A stretch of 64,000 bases of DNA, taken from NCBI GenBank assembly GCA_007130045.1, contig SLTG01000088.1, forward strand, positions 24,647-88,646. The letters are read 5' to 3'. The stretch's first letter is position 1. The number at the start of each line of letters is the position of its first letter. The notes beneath the pieces were generated by a model. That model worked only from the letters and a program-made list of their open reading frames with translations, was not told the origin of the DNA and did not search any database. Of the stretch, positions 18,927 to 27,851 are shown piece by piece. A program made the position numbers and the translations under genes. The DNA is from Opitutales bacterium (lineage in GTDB: Bacteria; Verrucomicrobiota; Verrucomicrobiia; Opitutales; T3Sed10-336).

Positions 18927-19681
18927 GCGCGCACCGGCAGCCTCCCTGGGTAACGGTGATCGGCCGCGGTCATTCGGGAACCCGCGCCATTTCGAGGACC
19001 CTGGTCGAAAGCGGCGTGTTCATGGGGGAACCCTTGAACGCCTCCTCGGACTTGGTTCCGCCCGACGCGATGTACGACGCTTGCCGGTTGATGTCACCCT
19101 TCGTCGATTGGAAGGGCGGAACGGAGTGGTCGTGGAAGCGTTGTCACGAAGGGGCCATTCCGACCGAATTCACGAACCTGCTCGACAACTATCTCGATTC
19201 CGTCCACCGAAGCCGGAATCCCCGGAAGGGCTGGAAGATTCCCGAGACGACCCTGGTCTATCCCTGGATCCGGCGTCTGTTTCCGGAGATGAAGACGATT
19301 TTCTGGGTGCGGGATCCGCGCGACTGCATCCTCGGCGGGCACGTGACCGATGACCTCTCCCGCTTCGGGATTCCCTGCGGCGGGACGGAGGATCCTTATG
19401 AGCGGCGTGCGCTGTCGTGGTTCTATCAATACAAAATTGTTCGTGGGACTCCGCCTCCGGAGTCCTGGATCGAAGTGCGTTTCGAGGATTTCGTCCTCGA
19501 TCAGGAAGAGACGCTCGCGCGGTTGGAGGCCTTCCTTGGCATTCCTTTGGCGAAGATTCCGGTCAAGCCCGAGGCCGTGGGTCGGTACCGCCGGGAGAAA
19601 ACTCCTCCGTATTTCGGATTTCTCGATGAGGCGGTGCGGGACTTCGGCTATACGCCTCAGGTAGTGAGCCGCGGGGAGTGA
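18923..19681 (+). CDS. Sulfotransferase family protein
   Basis: 252 aa with a P-loop-like 5'-PSB motif (VIGRGHSGTRAIS), a 3'-PB-like motif (IFWVRDPRDCILG) and the C-terminal VRFEDFVLDQEETLARLEAFLGIPL. ATGA overlap with the sulfatase-fold gene. Confidence 0.75.
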   Translation: MSAHRQPPWVTVIGRGHSGTRAISRTLVESGVFMGEPLNASSDLVPPDAMYDACRLMSPFVDWKGGTEWSWKRCHEGAIPTEFTNLLDNYLDSVHRSRNPRKGWKIPETTLVYPWIRRLFPEMKTIFWVRDPRDCILGGHVTDDLSRFGIPCGGTEDPYERRALSWFYQYKIVRGTPPPESWIEVRFEDFVLDQEETLARLEAFLGIPLAKIPVKPEAVGRYRREKTPPYFGFLDEAVRDFGYTPQVVSRGE

Positions 19682-20694
19682 TGGAAAGGATTGCCATGCA
19701 GAAAGCCGGTGTCATCGGAATGGGCCCTGTCGGGAATCGCCACGCCTCCATTTACGCGGAATTGGAAACGGCGGAACTCGCCGCAGTGTGCGACATCGAC
19801 CGCGAACGCGCGGATGCGGCTGGAAGAAAGTTCGGCGTCCCGGTTTTTTACTCGGTGCCCGCGATGATTGAAGGGGAGTCCCTCGATATGGTGAGTGTCA
19901 CGACCGCAGGGGAGGAGTATGGAAGCGACCATTACGAGCCCACCATTCAGGCCCTCGATGCGGGGCTCCATGTCCTCGGTGAAAAACCGATCTGTAACGA
20001 AATCGGGAAGGCGGAAGCGATGGTGGCGAAGGCACGCGAGCGCGGCCTGTGTTACGGAATCAACCTGAACCACCGTTTCACCCCGGCGGCCCGGCTCGCC
20101 CGGAAATGGGTGGACGAGGGCAGGGTGGGCACTCCGCTCTTCCTCAATATGAGCATGTGGATCCAGAACCCGCGGGAGTCCTCGCCCTGGTTCCAGATCA
20201 AGGCCCTGCATCCCCACACCGTGGACATCCTCCGGCACTTCGGGGGCGATATCGAAGCCGTTCAGTGCTTTGCCATGAAGGCCCCGGGGCGGAAGATCTT
20301 TTCCACCGCCCAGTTCAACCTCCGCTTTGTCAGCGGGGCGGTCGGCCACCTTTGCGGAAGTTACGACATCGAACGCGGCCATCCCATGGAGCGGTTCGAA
20401 ATGGCCGGCCTCAAGGGCCGGATCGTCCTTGAGGACATGTGGCGGGAACTTACCCTTTATCCGGCCGGAAGTCTCGAAAAGACCGTTTTCACCAACCCGG
20501 TTTTCGGCGGCGTGAGGGATTTCTTCGACACTTTCCGCAACCGGATCGCCCGATTCGTCGAACAAGTGAACGACCGGGATCCACCCGAAGCGATCGATGG
20601 GTCGGGCGCCGACGGCCTTGCCGCCCAGCGCGTTCTCGCCGCCGCCATCCGCTCCGTTGAAGAGGAACGGGTGGTCAAGGTGGAGGAAGGGTGA
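19681..20694 (+). CDS. Gfo/Idh/MocA family oxidoreductase
   Basis: About 337 aa with N-terminal KAGVIGMGPVGNRHASIY and GEKP. The start is ambiguous (GTG 19678, ATG 19681 or ATG 19696) and overlaps or abuts the sulfotransferase stop. Confidence 0.8.
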   Translation: MERIAMQKAGVIGMGPVGNRHASIYAELETAELAAVCDIDRERADAAGRKFGVPVFYSVPAMIEGESLDMVSVTTAGEEYGSDHYEPTIQALDAGLHVLGEKPICNEIGKAEAMVAKARERGLCYGINLNHRFTPAARLARKWVDEGRVGTPLFLNMSMWIQNPRESSPWFQIKALHPHTVDILRHFGGDIEAVQCFAMKAPGRKIFSTAQFNLRFVSGAVGHLCGSYDIERGHPMERFEMAGLKGRIVLEDMWRELTLYPAGSLEKTVFTNPVFGGVRDFFDTFRNRIARFVEQVNDRDPPEAIDGSGADGLAAQRVLAAAIRSVEEERVVKVEEG

Positions 20695-20829
20695 ACGTCC
20701 ACTTTGATGGAAGCGATGGAGCGGGGGGCGTTCGGGAGAACTTCCTCCAAGCGGGATTTGAGCAGGAAAAGACCAACAGGTTGTCCTGCCGGTGCAGGTT
20801 GTCTTAAAGTTGAAGCGGTGTCGAATGAA

Positions 20830-20860
20830 CAAAAAAACCCGCAGTCGAAACCGCGGGTTT
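20830..20860 (-). terminator. Rho-independent terminator of the HU gene
   Basis: On the minus strand: aacccgc-ggtttcgact-gcgggtt followed by TTTTTTTT. It sits 25 nt downstream of the hup stop. Confidence 0.7.
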
Positions 20861-20884
20861 ATCCAGCCTTTATAAAAAGCCGAT

Positions 20885-21160
20885 TTAAGCCATTGCCTTG
20901 AGAGCGGCACCCGGCTTGAACTTCACGGTCTTGGATGCCTTGATTTTGATCTGCTCTTTGGTTCGCGGATTGATACCTTTTCGGGCGGCGCGTTTAGCTA
21001 CGCTGAAGGTGCCGAAACCGACCAATTGAACCGACTTGTCTTTCTTCACGCCCTTCTTCACAGCTTCCAATACCGCGTCTACCGATCGTTCAGCAGCTGC
21101 CTTCGAGGTGTCTTTACCGAGTGCTTTCTGTACTTCTTCAATGAGTTCTGATTTATTCAT
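20885..21160 (-). CDS. hup: DNA-binding protein HU
   Basis: 91 aa, MNKSELIEEV...VQLVGFGTFSVAKRAARKGINPRTKEQIKIKASKTVKFKPGAALK. This is the canonical HU/IHF fold signature. Confidence 0.95.
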   Translation of the reverse strand: MNKSELIEEVQKALGKDTSKAAAERSVDAVLEAVKKGVKKDKSVQLVGFGTFSVAKRAARKGINPRTKEQIKIKASKTVKFKPGAALKAMA

Positions 21161-21353
21161 TTTATTTTCTGGAGCAGTTTACAATTGGCGTAATCGACGC
21201 CGTTCTGGTCCACAAAAAAGGCAAGCTTGGCGGCATTCGTCAACCCTAATCATCGCTATTTCTGCTGGTGAAGCGGAATCCGGACGGATTCATTCATGAG
21301 ACGAAAGACGGCGGCGGGTCGGTAATGAGTGTGGGCGGCGACATTTTTCCGGG

Positions 21354-22883
21354 TCAGAACCGTCGTCCCAAGGCGATGTTGGCCTGCAATCCGCGCGGGA
21401 CGGACGTTCCGTCGATTGACGTCGTATCCAGGGTGGAGGCAACGTCGAGGTGGAGGGCGCGGAAAAACGTGAGTCCTCCCGCGACGTAGGTGAGCTTTTC
21501 GCCTGCGAGGTTTGTTTTCATGCCGACGCGCGGGCTGGGAACCCAACCGCGGCGCGGTTCATAGCTTCCGAGAATCGCCGCCCATTTGTAGTTGTCTCCC
21601 GTAGTATCCTTCGCGCTGTTGAGGTCGAGGGCGGCGGTGGCCATCCATCGACGGCTCGGCGTGTAAACGGCTCCTTCGAGCGTGAGTTGCCGCTCTATCG
21701 TCCAGCGGCTCCCGTTGCGTCGCGCCTGAGGGTTGGCGGTGAAGAACGCCGAGTCGCTTGTATCCGGATAGTCGAACGACGGCTCGTTGATATTTCGAAG
21801 CGTCGCCCCGAGCGAATACCACCGTTCTACCCACGTCGCGCCGATGTCGAGTCCGAGGCCGCTCGAGGTCTCCTGGTTTTCTTCGAATTCGTCCCGTGCC
21901 GTGTCTTCAAACTCGTCGTCGTTCAACAGGACGCCTCCGCGCACCAGGGTTGTTCGAAAGATATTGAATGACGTGCCCGCGTGAAGGCGTCCCTCGCCGC
22001 GGCTCCAGACCTGACGCGAGTACCCGGCCCCGATTCGTCCGACATAGCCGCCCTGGACGGCGACCCCTGCGTCGTCGGTTGGCTCGATCGGGCGCTCGGT
22101 ACCATCCGTGAGCACGACGACGGGTGTGTCGTCGATGATCTCAAAGCGGTCCACTTCGTTCGCCGCTACCCCTTGAAGACCGATGTCGAAAGCATCGTTG
22201 ACCGATTCAACGGCCGCACGGGCCTCGATGATTCCGTCCGCATAAAGGCCGACGACCCCGCGGAGCAGGTTGGAACGGAACGCGATCGGGACCAGGGGAG
22301 CGGAAGCGCTGCCGGTGAGCTTCACATAGGCGTCGTCGGTCAGGTCGCGGACGAGATCGTTCGCCTGGTTCTCGAAGAGGTTGAGGTCGTCGAGGAATGC
22401 CTGGATCTCCGGATCGGAGGGACGGGGACCCGAGAAGTCCTCGGCCTGCTCCTCCAGGCGATCGAATGCATCCAAGATGTCGTCGATCCTTTGGTCGAAG
22501 TCCTTGGCCTCGCCGATCTCCACTCCGGCGCCTATATCAAAGAGGGTGCCGAACCGAAACCCGCGGTCGCTGAGCGAGGGATGCGCGACGTTGACAATCG
22601 GCGGGAGTCCGCGTTGCGAGGCGCCGAATGGCGCGACGCTCGGCATGTTCATCGTTGACATCCGAAGGCCCGCGTGCGCCGGATCTTCAACGGGAACACC
22701 GTCAACCTCCTCGGCAGCGCCGTCCTCCAACGCGGGGGATTCAGGGGCGTCCGCGGTGGCCGGCTCCGATTCCGGTTCGAGATCCGTCGGGAGGCTTTCA
22801 ACATCGCCGAATCCATTGGATACGCCGAACAGGAGAACGGCAAGTAAAGCGATGACAACCGGCGGGTTCGAACGTTCGTACAT
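21354..22883 (-). CDS. Putative outer-membrane beta-barrel protein with an acidic Pro-rich N-terminal linker
   Basis: The internal start MYERSNPPVVIALLAVLLFGVSNGFG gives a signal peptide. The C-terminal half has alternating amphipathic strands, and the protein ends ...ANIALGRRF (terminal Phe typical of OMPs). Confidence 0.6.
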   Translation of the reverse strand: MYERSNPPVVIALLAVLLFGVSNGFGDVESLPTDLEPESEPATADAPESPALEDGAAEEVDGVPVEDPAHAGLRMSTMNMPSVAPFGASQRGLPPIVNVAHPSLSDRGFRFGTLFDIGAGVEIGEAKDFDQRIDDILDAFDRLEEQAEDFSGPRPSDPEIQAFLDDLNLFENQANDLVRDLTDDAYVKLTGSASAPLVPIAFRSNLLRGVVGLYADGIIEARAAVESVNDAFDIGLQGVAANEVDRFEIIDDTPVVVLTDGTERPIEPTDDAGVAVQGGYVGRIGAGYSRQVWSRGEGRLHAGTSFNIFRTTLVRGGVLLNDDEFEDTARDEFEENQETSSGLGLDIGATWVERWYSLGATLRNINEPSFDYPDTSDSAFFTANPQARRNGSRWTIERQLTLEGAVYTPSRRWMATAALDLNSAKDTTGDNYKWAAILGSYEPRRGWVPSPRVGMKTNLAGEKLTYVAGGLTFFRALHLDVASTLDTTSIDGTSVPRGLQANIALGRRF

Positions 22884-23090
22884 TGACGAAGAAGAAAGTT
22901 CGTCGGGATGCGATGCGCAAGCCGATTTTTCGTGAGCCCGGGGAAGCCTGCACCACGACCGGGAGGAATCGTACCGCAGAAGAAGAGGAATGTATTCCAG
23001 TTCCAACCACCCGGTGTCGCCGCACGACGCCACCTCGTCGTCTCCAGGCCGGGACGAGTCTCCGCGGTGCCCGTCCGGTAGCCTCCGGCA

Positions 23091-23828
23091 CTACAGGAAC
23101 CCGGCTTCCTTGAAGCTGTAGTAGCCCTGTTTGTTGGGATCGGATGTTTCGCTTCCGACAATGATGTGATCGAGAAGGTCGATGGAGACGGTTTTTCCGG
23201 CTTCTCGAAGCTGGCGGGTGACCTGGATGTCCGCGCTGCTCGGACTTGGATCGCCACTCGGATGATTGTGAACGCCAATTATGGAGAGCGCGCCGGTGCG
23301 GATCGCTTCGCGAAAAACTTCCCGCGGGTGTACCAGGCTGCTGCTGGCGGTGCCGGAAGTGACCTCGACTTTCTTCATGAGCATGTTTTTGCGGTTGAGG
23401 CAAAGGACCCAGAACTTTTCGACTTCGAGCCCGGCAACGATCGGGCGGAAATACCGATACGCAAGCTCCGGACTGTTGAACCGCGGCTGGAAGTCGTTCT
23501 TTTGAACAAGGATCCGTCGGGCGATCTCCATCACGGCGATCAATTGGAGCGCCTTCACTTTGCCGATCCCCTTAAGCCTCATGAAGTCCTCCTCGCTCCA
23601 CCGGATCAACTCGGAGACCGATCCGGCCTCGTTGATAATACGGGACGACAGTGACATCACGTCGAGGTCGCGGCTGCCGCTTCTCAGCAACATAGCGAGC
23701 AGCTCGGTGTCGCTCAGCGGCGCCGGCCCGAGTTTCTCCAAACGTTCCTGGGGGCGCTCGTTTACGGCCATCTCACGCAGGCGAACCGCGCGGTAGGCTC
23801 CGTTATCATCGGGGAGGGGTTCGTTCAC
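23091..23828 (-). CDS. radC: RadC-family JAMM-motif protein
   Basis: ERPQERLEKLGPAPLSDTELLAMLL, HhH-like GIGKVKALQL and the JAMM motif GVHNHPSGDPSPSSAD. The start is uncertain (GTG 23828 or ATG 23771). The upstream part of the 280-aa track ORF looks non-coding. Confidence 0.8.
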   Translation of the reverse strand: MNEPLPDDNGAYRAVRLREMAVNERPQERLEKLGPAPLSDTELLAMLLRSGSRDLDVMSLSSRIINEAGSVSELIRWSEEDFMRLKGIGKVKALQLIAVMEIARRILVQKNDFQPRFNSPELAYRYFRPIVAGLEVEKFWVLCLNRKNMLMKKVEVTSGTASSSLVHPREVFREAIRTGALSIIGVHNHPSGDPSPSSADIQVTRQLREAGKTVSIDLLDHIIVGSETSDPNKQGYYSFKEAGFL

Positions 23829-23977
23829 AACGGAGGGTATTCTTGCCGGAAAGCGGCGGCATGCGAGCAAAAAACAAGCGCCTTTGACTCGAATGCGACA
23901 CGAGAGTACTTCCGTCGAGGAATGAGCAAACAACCCGAACCGTGATCCCTGTTTCGATGTTCCGATTGGCGATTATT

Positions 23978-24340
23978 TCAATCGTCAAACCACTCGTCAT
24001 CCGGATCGAAAGCAGGGACGGGTATGTTTACAATTCGCATACGACCCACCGCGCGGTGGCGACAGCCGGGTTTGATGAGTATGCTCGTCATTGGCTTGAC
24101 CGGCACCAATTCACCATCGAGCTCCATGTGCCCTTCGCCCTCGAGAACAAGATAGATTTCAGTCAGTTTTTTGTGGTAATGCGTTCTGCTGTCCTTCGAA
24201 ATATCGACCATGTGAAGCGTCGCCACCGGGTTGTCCGGAGATGCGAACGCGCGCCTCGATTCACCGCACGAACACCGCGTGGATTCAATTTCGTCAAGTT
24301 GCGCGATAATGTATTTCTTCATTCGTCTTTCGATTGCCAC
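23978..24340 (-). CDS. Cupin domain protein
   Basis: 120 aa with HYHKKLTEIYLVLEGEGHMELDG...IKPGCRHR, a two-motif cupin signature. Confidence 0.7.
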   Translation of the reverse strand: MAIERRMKKYIIAQLDEIESTRCSCGESRRAFASPDNPVATLHMVDISKDSRTHYHKKLTEIYLVLEGEGHMELDGELVPVKPMTSILIKPGCRHRAVGRMRIVNIPVPAFDPDDEWFDD

Positions 24341-24384
24341 TGTGGAAAGGAGTTGTCAGGCGAGTCGCCGAACGGCAATAAGGG

Positions 24385-26136
24385 TTATCCCTTTTGCCTT
24401 TCATAGAGATTCCGGTAGGGGGCGCAATCCTGATAGAGCTCACTGTGGGTACCGTCGGCCAGGATGCGGCCTTCTTCGAAGTAGAGGATGCGGCCGGCGA
24501 GACTGATCGTACTGAAACGGTGGGCGATGATGAGGACCGTCTTGTTTTCCACGAGACGGGCGAGAGCGTCCTTGATGGTGGCTTCGCTTTCTGAGTCCAG
24601 GGCGGAGGTGGCTTCGTCGAGAATCAGGATGGGGGCGTTCTTGAGAAACGCACGGGCAAGGGCGACGCGCTGTTTCTGTCCTCCGGACAGGCGGGTGGCG
24701 TTTTCGCCGACGATTGTCTCGAACCCATTCTCGAAAGTTTCGATGAATTCCCGTGCGTGGGCCTGTTGAGCTGCGCGCAGGACGTCATCGTGAGTCGCTT
24801 CGGGGCGACCGATGAGAATGTTGTTGAACAGGGTGTCGTTGAAGAGGATGGGATCCTGGGAAACGATCGCGATGTTGCGGCGTAGATCGGCCAGGCGCAT
24901 CTCGCGAATGTCGATACCGTCAATCTTCACCGCCCCTTCGATTGGATCGAAGAACCGGGGGATCAGGTTGGCGAAGGTGCTCTTGCCGGCCCCGCTCGGC
25001 CCGACCAGGGCGCATACGGTGCGGGAGTTGAGCCTCGCGCCGATTCCGTGGAGGACCGGGACGTTTTCGTAGGCGAAGGTGACGTTCTCGAAGGCAACGT
25101 CGCCGGTAAGCCGGCCGATCACGCGGGGATTTTCGGGATCCCGGATGGTAACGGGTTCGCGGAGAATTTCCTCGAGCCGGTCAAGTGCTCCGCGGCCTTT
25201 CTGGAGGCTGTTCTGGATCATTCCGAGCTTCTTGATCGGCTCGTAGCTCAGGTAGAGGGCCATCAGAAGGGGAATGAAGGTATCGTAATCGAGCCCGGAC
25301 CGGTAAGCGTAGAGGAACGCCACCGCCAGGCCGAAGGACGCGATGACCTCGATTACGGGGGGGAGGGCTTTCTTGTACTTGACGACCTTCAACTGCAGTC
25401 GCAGGAGGCGCCGGATCTGGGAACGGAAATTTTCGGACTGGCGTTCCTCGAGATTGAACGCCCGGATTTCGCGGGCGGAGCGAAGGTTGTCACTGAGAAA
25501 ACCGGTCATTCCCCCGAGTTGCCGCTGGGTCTGGCGGGAGCGTTTGAGCAGCCGTTTGCCGAAGGCGCGAATCGGAAACACGCAGATCGGCACGATGGCG
25601 AGGCAGAGGAGCAGGAAGAACACTTCCCGGCTCTGGAAGGACGCGTAGGTAAGGTAGCCGATGGCGCCCAGGAGCGTCATCGGCTGCTTGATCGCGTCGT
25701 TGGCGACTTCGGTCAGGGTGTGCTGAACGGCTGTCGTATCGGCGAGGCAGCGGGAAACGAGGTCGCCGCTTGCGCGTTTATGAAAATAGGCCAGCGGAAG
25801 CTTCTGAAACTTGTTGAAAATGTCGGCGCGGATTGACTCCAGGACCCGTATTCCGCACAGGCTGATCAGGTAGGTATTCAGGTACCCGGACAGCCCGCGG
25901 ACTGAAAATGCCAGCGGGATGATTGCCGCGACCCCCAGAAGCAACCAGAACGAGAGCTGTTCGGCCTCGTCGGCGAAGATCTTCGGAAAGACGATCTCCG
26001 TCATGAACGGCAGTCCGAATCCGCTCGAAATCCCGAAGAGCAGTCCGAACACGAGCGCCAGCGCGAAAACCGGGAGCACGGGACGCAGGTAATGAAGATA
26101 TGGAATAAAGGCTTTCAATCGAAGTGGTTGAGCCAA
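24385..26136 (-). CDS. ABC exporter, fused permease/ATPase (MsbA-like)
   Basis: 583 aa with a 6-TM N-terminal half, Walker A GPSGAGKST, signature LSGGQKQRVALARA and Walker B ILILDEATSALD. Confidence 0.85.
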   Translation of the reverse strand: MAQPLRLKAFIPYLHYLRPVLPVFALALVFGLLFGISSGFGLPFMTEIVFPKIFADEAEQLSFWLLLGVAAIIPLAFSVRGLSGYLNTYLISLCGIRVLESIRADIFNKFQKLPLAYFHKRASGDLVSRCLADTTAVQHTLTEVANDAIKQPMTLLGAIGYLTYASFQSREVFFLLLCLAIVPICVFPIRAFGKRLLKRSRQTQRQLGGMTGFLSDNLRSAREIRAFNLEERQSENFRSQIRRLLRLQLKVVKYKKALPPVIEVIASFGLAVAFLYAYRSGLDYDTFIPLLMALYLSYEPIKKLGMIQNSLQKGRGALDRLEEILREPVTIRDPENPRVIGRLTGDVAFENVTFAYENVPVLHGIGARLNSRTVCALVGPSGAGKSTFANLIPRFFDPIEGAVKIDGIDIREMRLADLRRNIAIVSQDPILFNDTLFNNILIGRPEATHDDVLRAAQQAHAREFIETFENGFETIVGENATRLSGGQKQRVALARAFLKNAPILILDEATSALDSESEATIKDALARLVENKTVLIIAHRFSTISLAGRILYFEEGRILADGTHSELYQDCAPYRNLYERQKG

Positions 26137-26403
26137 ACCTGTTGCGCCGATTTCGTCAATCGCGGGTTCGAACGCTCCGAGTGGTGATTCGGGTTTTTCG
26201 GGTTCGGACTTTTTTGCGGTTTTTCTCGAAATTTCTCAAAGAATTCCTATTTATCATCATTTGCAGTCGAAAACGCCTCATTGGTGCCATTTGGCCTTTT
26301 CCATCGACAGGCGTGGGATTCTCCGGCTTTATGTGATAATTCCCTTATGAGAATTAACGACGTATCCCCGGCAGCGACGGGACGGAGTAATTTAAATTAT
26401 TTC

Positions 26404-27276
26404 ATGATTTCCAATAACATACGGCAAACGAGGGAAAAACAGACCACCTGCTTAGTTTTTGATCAGTCTATCCGGAAAACTCCCGCGCCCGGCCCGGTTC
26501 GGTGCCCAGGCCGAGGCCGCGGTTTTACGCTGATTGAACTTTTGGTGGTGCTCGGGATCATTGCCGTAGTTGTCGGCACGGTCGGTCTCGCCCTCCGGGG
26601 CGGCGACGAAACCGTTGCGCTGAGTAACGCACAGCGCACGGTGGCCAGCCTTTTGACCGCTACCCGTGCTCAGGCGATCATGAACGGCACGAACGCGCGC
26701 TTGATCATCCACAATGATCCGAATGAACCGGACCGCTATTTGCGGTATGTGGGAATCGTCCGGGAGCAGTTGCAGCCGGACGGGCTGCCCTATTTGCCCA
26801 GGCGCTGGGTGCCGACCAACGAAGGGACGAGATTGCCGAGGGGCGTTTACTTTGTACCGCAGGTTACCTCACCGATGCCGCAGGGGTTGTTCACGGATGA
26901 CTGGACAGCGCAGGACCGGGATCACCGGGTTTCGGTCTATAAGGCGAGAAATTCCGATCAGGGCGATGATACGGCGACGTTCGCATTGAATCCGGAATTC
27001 CCGAGGACGCTTTCCGGACAGAATTACTCGGAACAGCAGGCGGGAAGTCAGTGGATATTTTATCAGTTCGGTCCCCGCGGGCAACTGCGCGGAGACGACG
27101 GTTCGATCGCGGGCGGGCTCGCCCCGGAGAACAGCCGGATCGTGTTGACCACCGGTCGCCGGACGCCGACAACTCCCGAGCTGAACAATCCCACGAACCT
27201 TCGCGGGGTCATTCTCCGGCCCTTGGGAGTGTTTCATTTGGTCCACGAAGCGGAAAGTTTTCGAGTAACGCCATGA
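26404..27276 (+). CDS. Prepilin-type N-terminal domain protein, GspH/FimT-like minor pseudopilin
   Basis: GRGRG-FTLIELLVVLGIIAVVVG followed by NAQRTVASLLTATRAQAIMNGTNARLII. The start is uncertain. The nearest in-frame ATG (26404) leaves a ~40-aa leader. Confidence 0.65.
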   Translation: MISNNIRQTREKQTTCLVFDQSIRKTPAPGPVRCPGRGRGFTLIELLVVLGIIAVVVGTVGLALRGGDETVALSNAQRTVASLLTATRAQAIMNGTNARLIIHNDPNEPDRYLRYVGIVREQLQPDGLPYLPRRWVPTNEGTRLPRGVYFVPQVTSPMPQGLFTDDWTAQDRDHRVSVYKARNSDQGDDTATFALNPEFPRTLSGQNYSEQQAGSQWIFYQFGPRGQLRGDDGSIAGGLAPENSRIVLTTGRRTPTTPELNNPTNLRGVILRPLGVFHLVHEAESFRVTP

Positions 27277-27851
27277 TCGAGAAGAAAAGTCAGAAGAGTG
27301 CAGCGTTCTCGCTGGTGGAGGTCGTGATCGCGGTCGGGCTGTTCGCGTTGAGCATCGTGGCGATTGTCGGCCTGCTCGGCCCCATCTTGGATTCGGTCCG
27401 TGAAAGCGAGGAGACCGAGATCGTGTCCAATCTGAACGAGATGATCCGGGCGGAGCTCGAGCGGATGCCGTTCACGATGCCGGGAAGAGGCGATTCTATC
27501 GATAATCTGCGTCTGACATCGCCGGGAGACTCCTTCGTCCTCTACGGCAATCGCGACCTTACCGCGATCGGGCCGGAGGCATTTTTCGATAATCCGCCGC
27601 CCGACCTGGCCGGTGAGATCGGGGACGCCGACAAATTTTTCCGGGTTGAGCTGAGACAATCGCCTGCCTACCCGTTCCAGGAAGGCGCCGCCGCGGAGTA
27701 TCCGTCGCGAACCTTTCACGTCCGCGTGTACTGGCCGGCCTACCGGCGCACCGGTCCGGGAATCGACGACGCGGTGCGGCGGGACGCCAATCCGGAGGAC
27801 CGAGCCGAGCTCCGCCAGATGAATTTCTTCACGACGATTCGCCGAAAATGA
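27273..27851 (+). CDS. Prepilin-type N-terminal domain protein (GspI-like minor pseudopilin)
   Basis: MIEKKSQKSAA-FSLVEVVIAVGLFALSIVAIVG. ATGA overlap with the upstream gene. Confidence 0.65.
   Translation: MIEKKSQKSAAFSLVEVVIAVGLFALSIVAIVGLLGPILDSVRESEETEIVSNLNEMIRAELERMPFTMPGRGDSIDNLRLTSPGDSFVLYGNRDLTAIGPEAFFDNPPPDLAGEIGDADKFFRVELRQSPAYPFQEGAAAEYPSRTFHVRVYWPAYRRTGPGIDDAVRRDANPEDRAELRQMNFFTTIRRK

Noticed and set aside
26155-26200. tRNA-like T-loop string gggttcgaac (also at about 22865).
   Set aside because: The flanking bases do not form the 5-bp T-stem (gcggg versus gctcc), and no acceptor or anticodon arms can be drawn. The 22865 copy lies inside the OMP coding sequence. No tRNA is called anywhere in the window.
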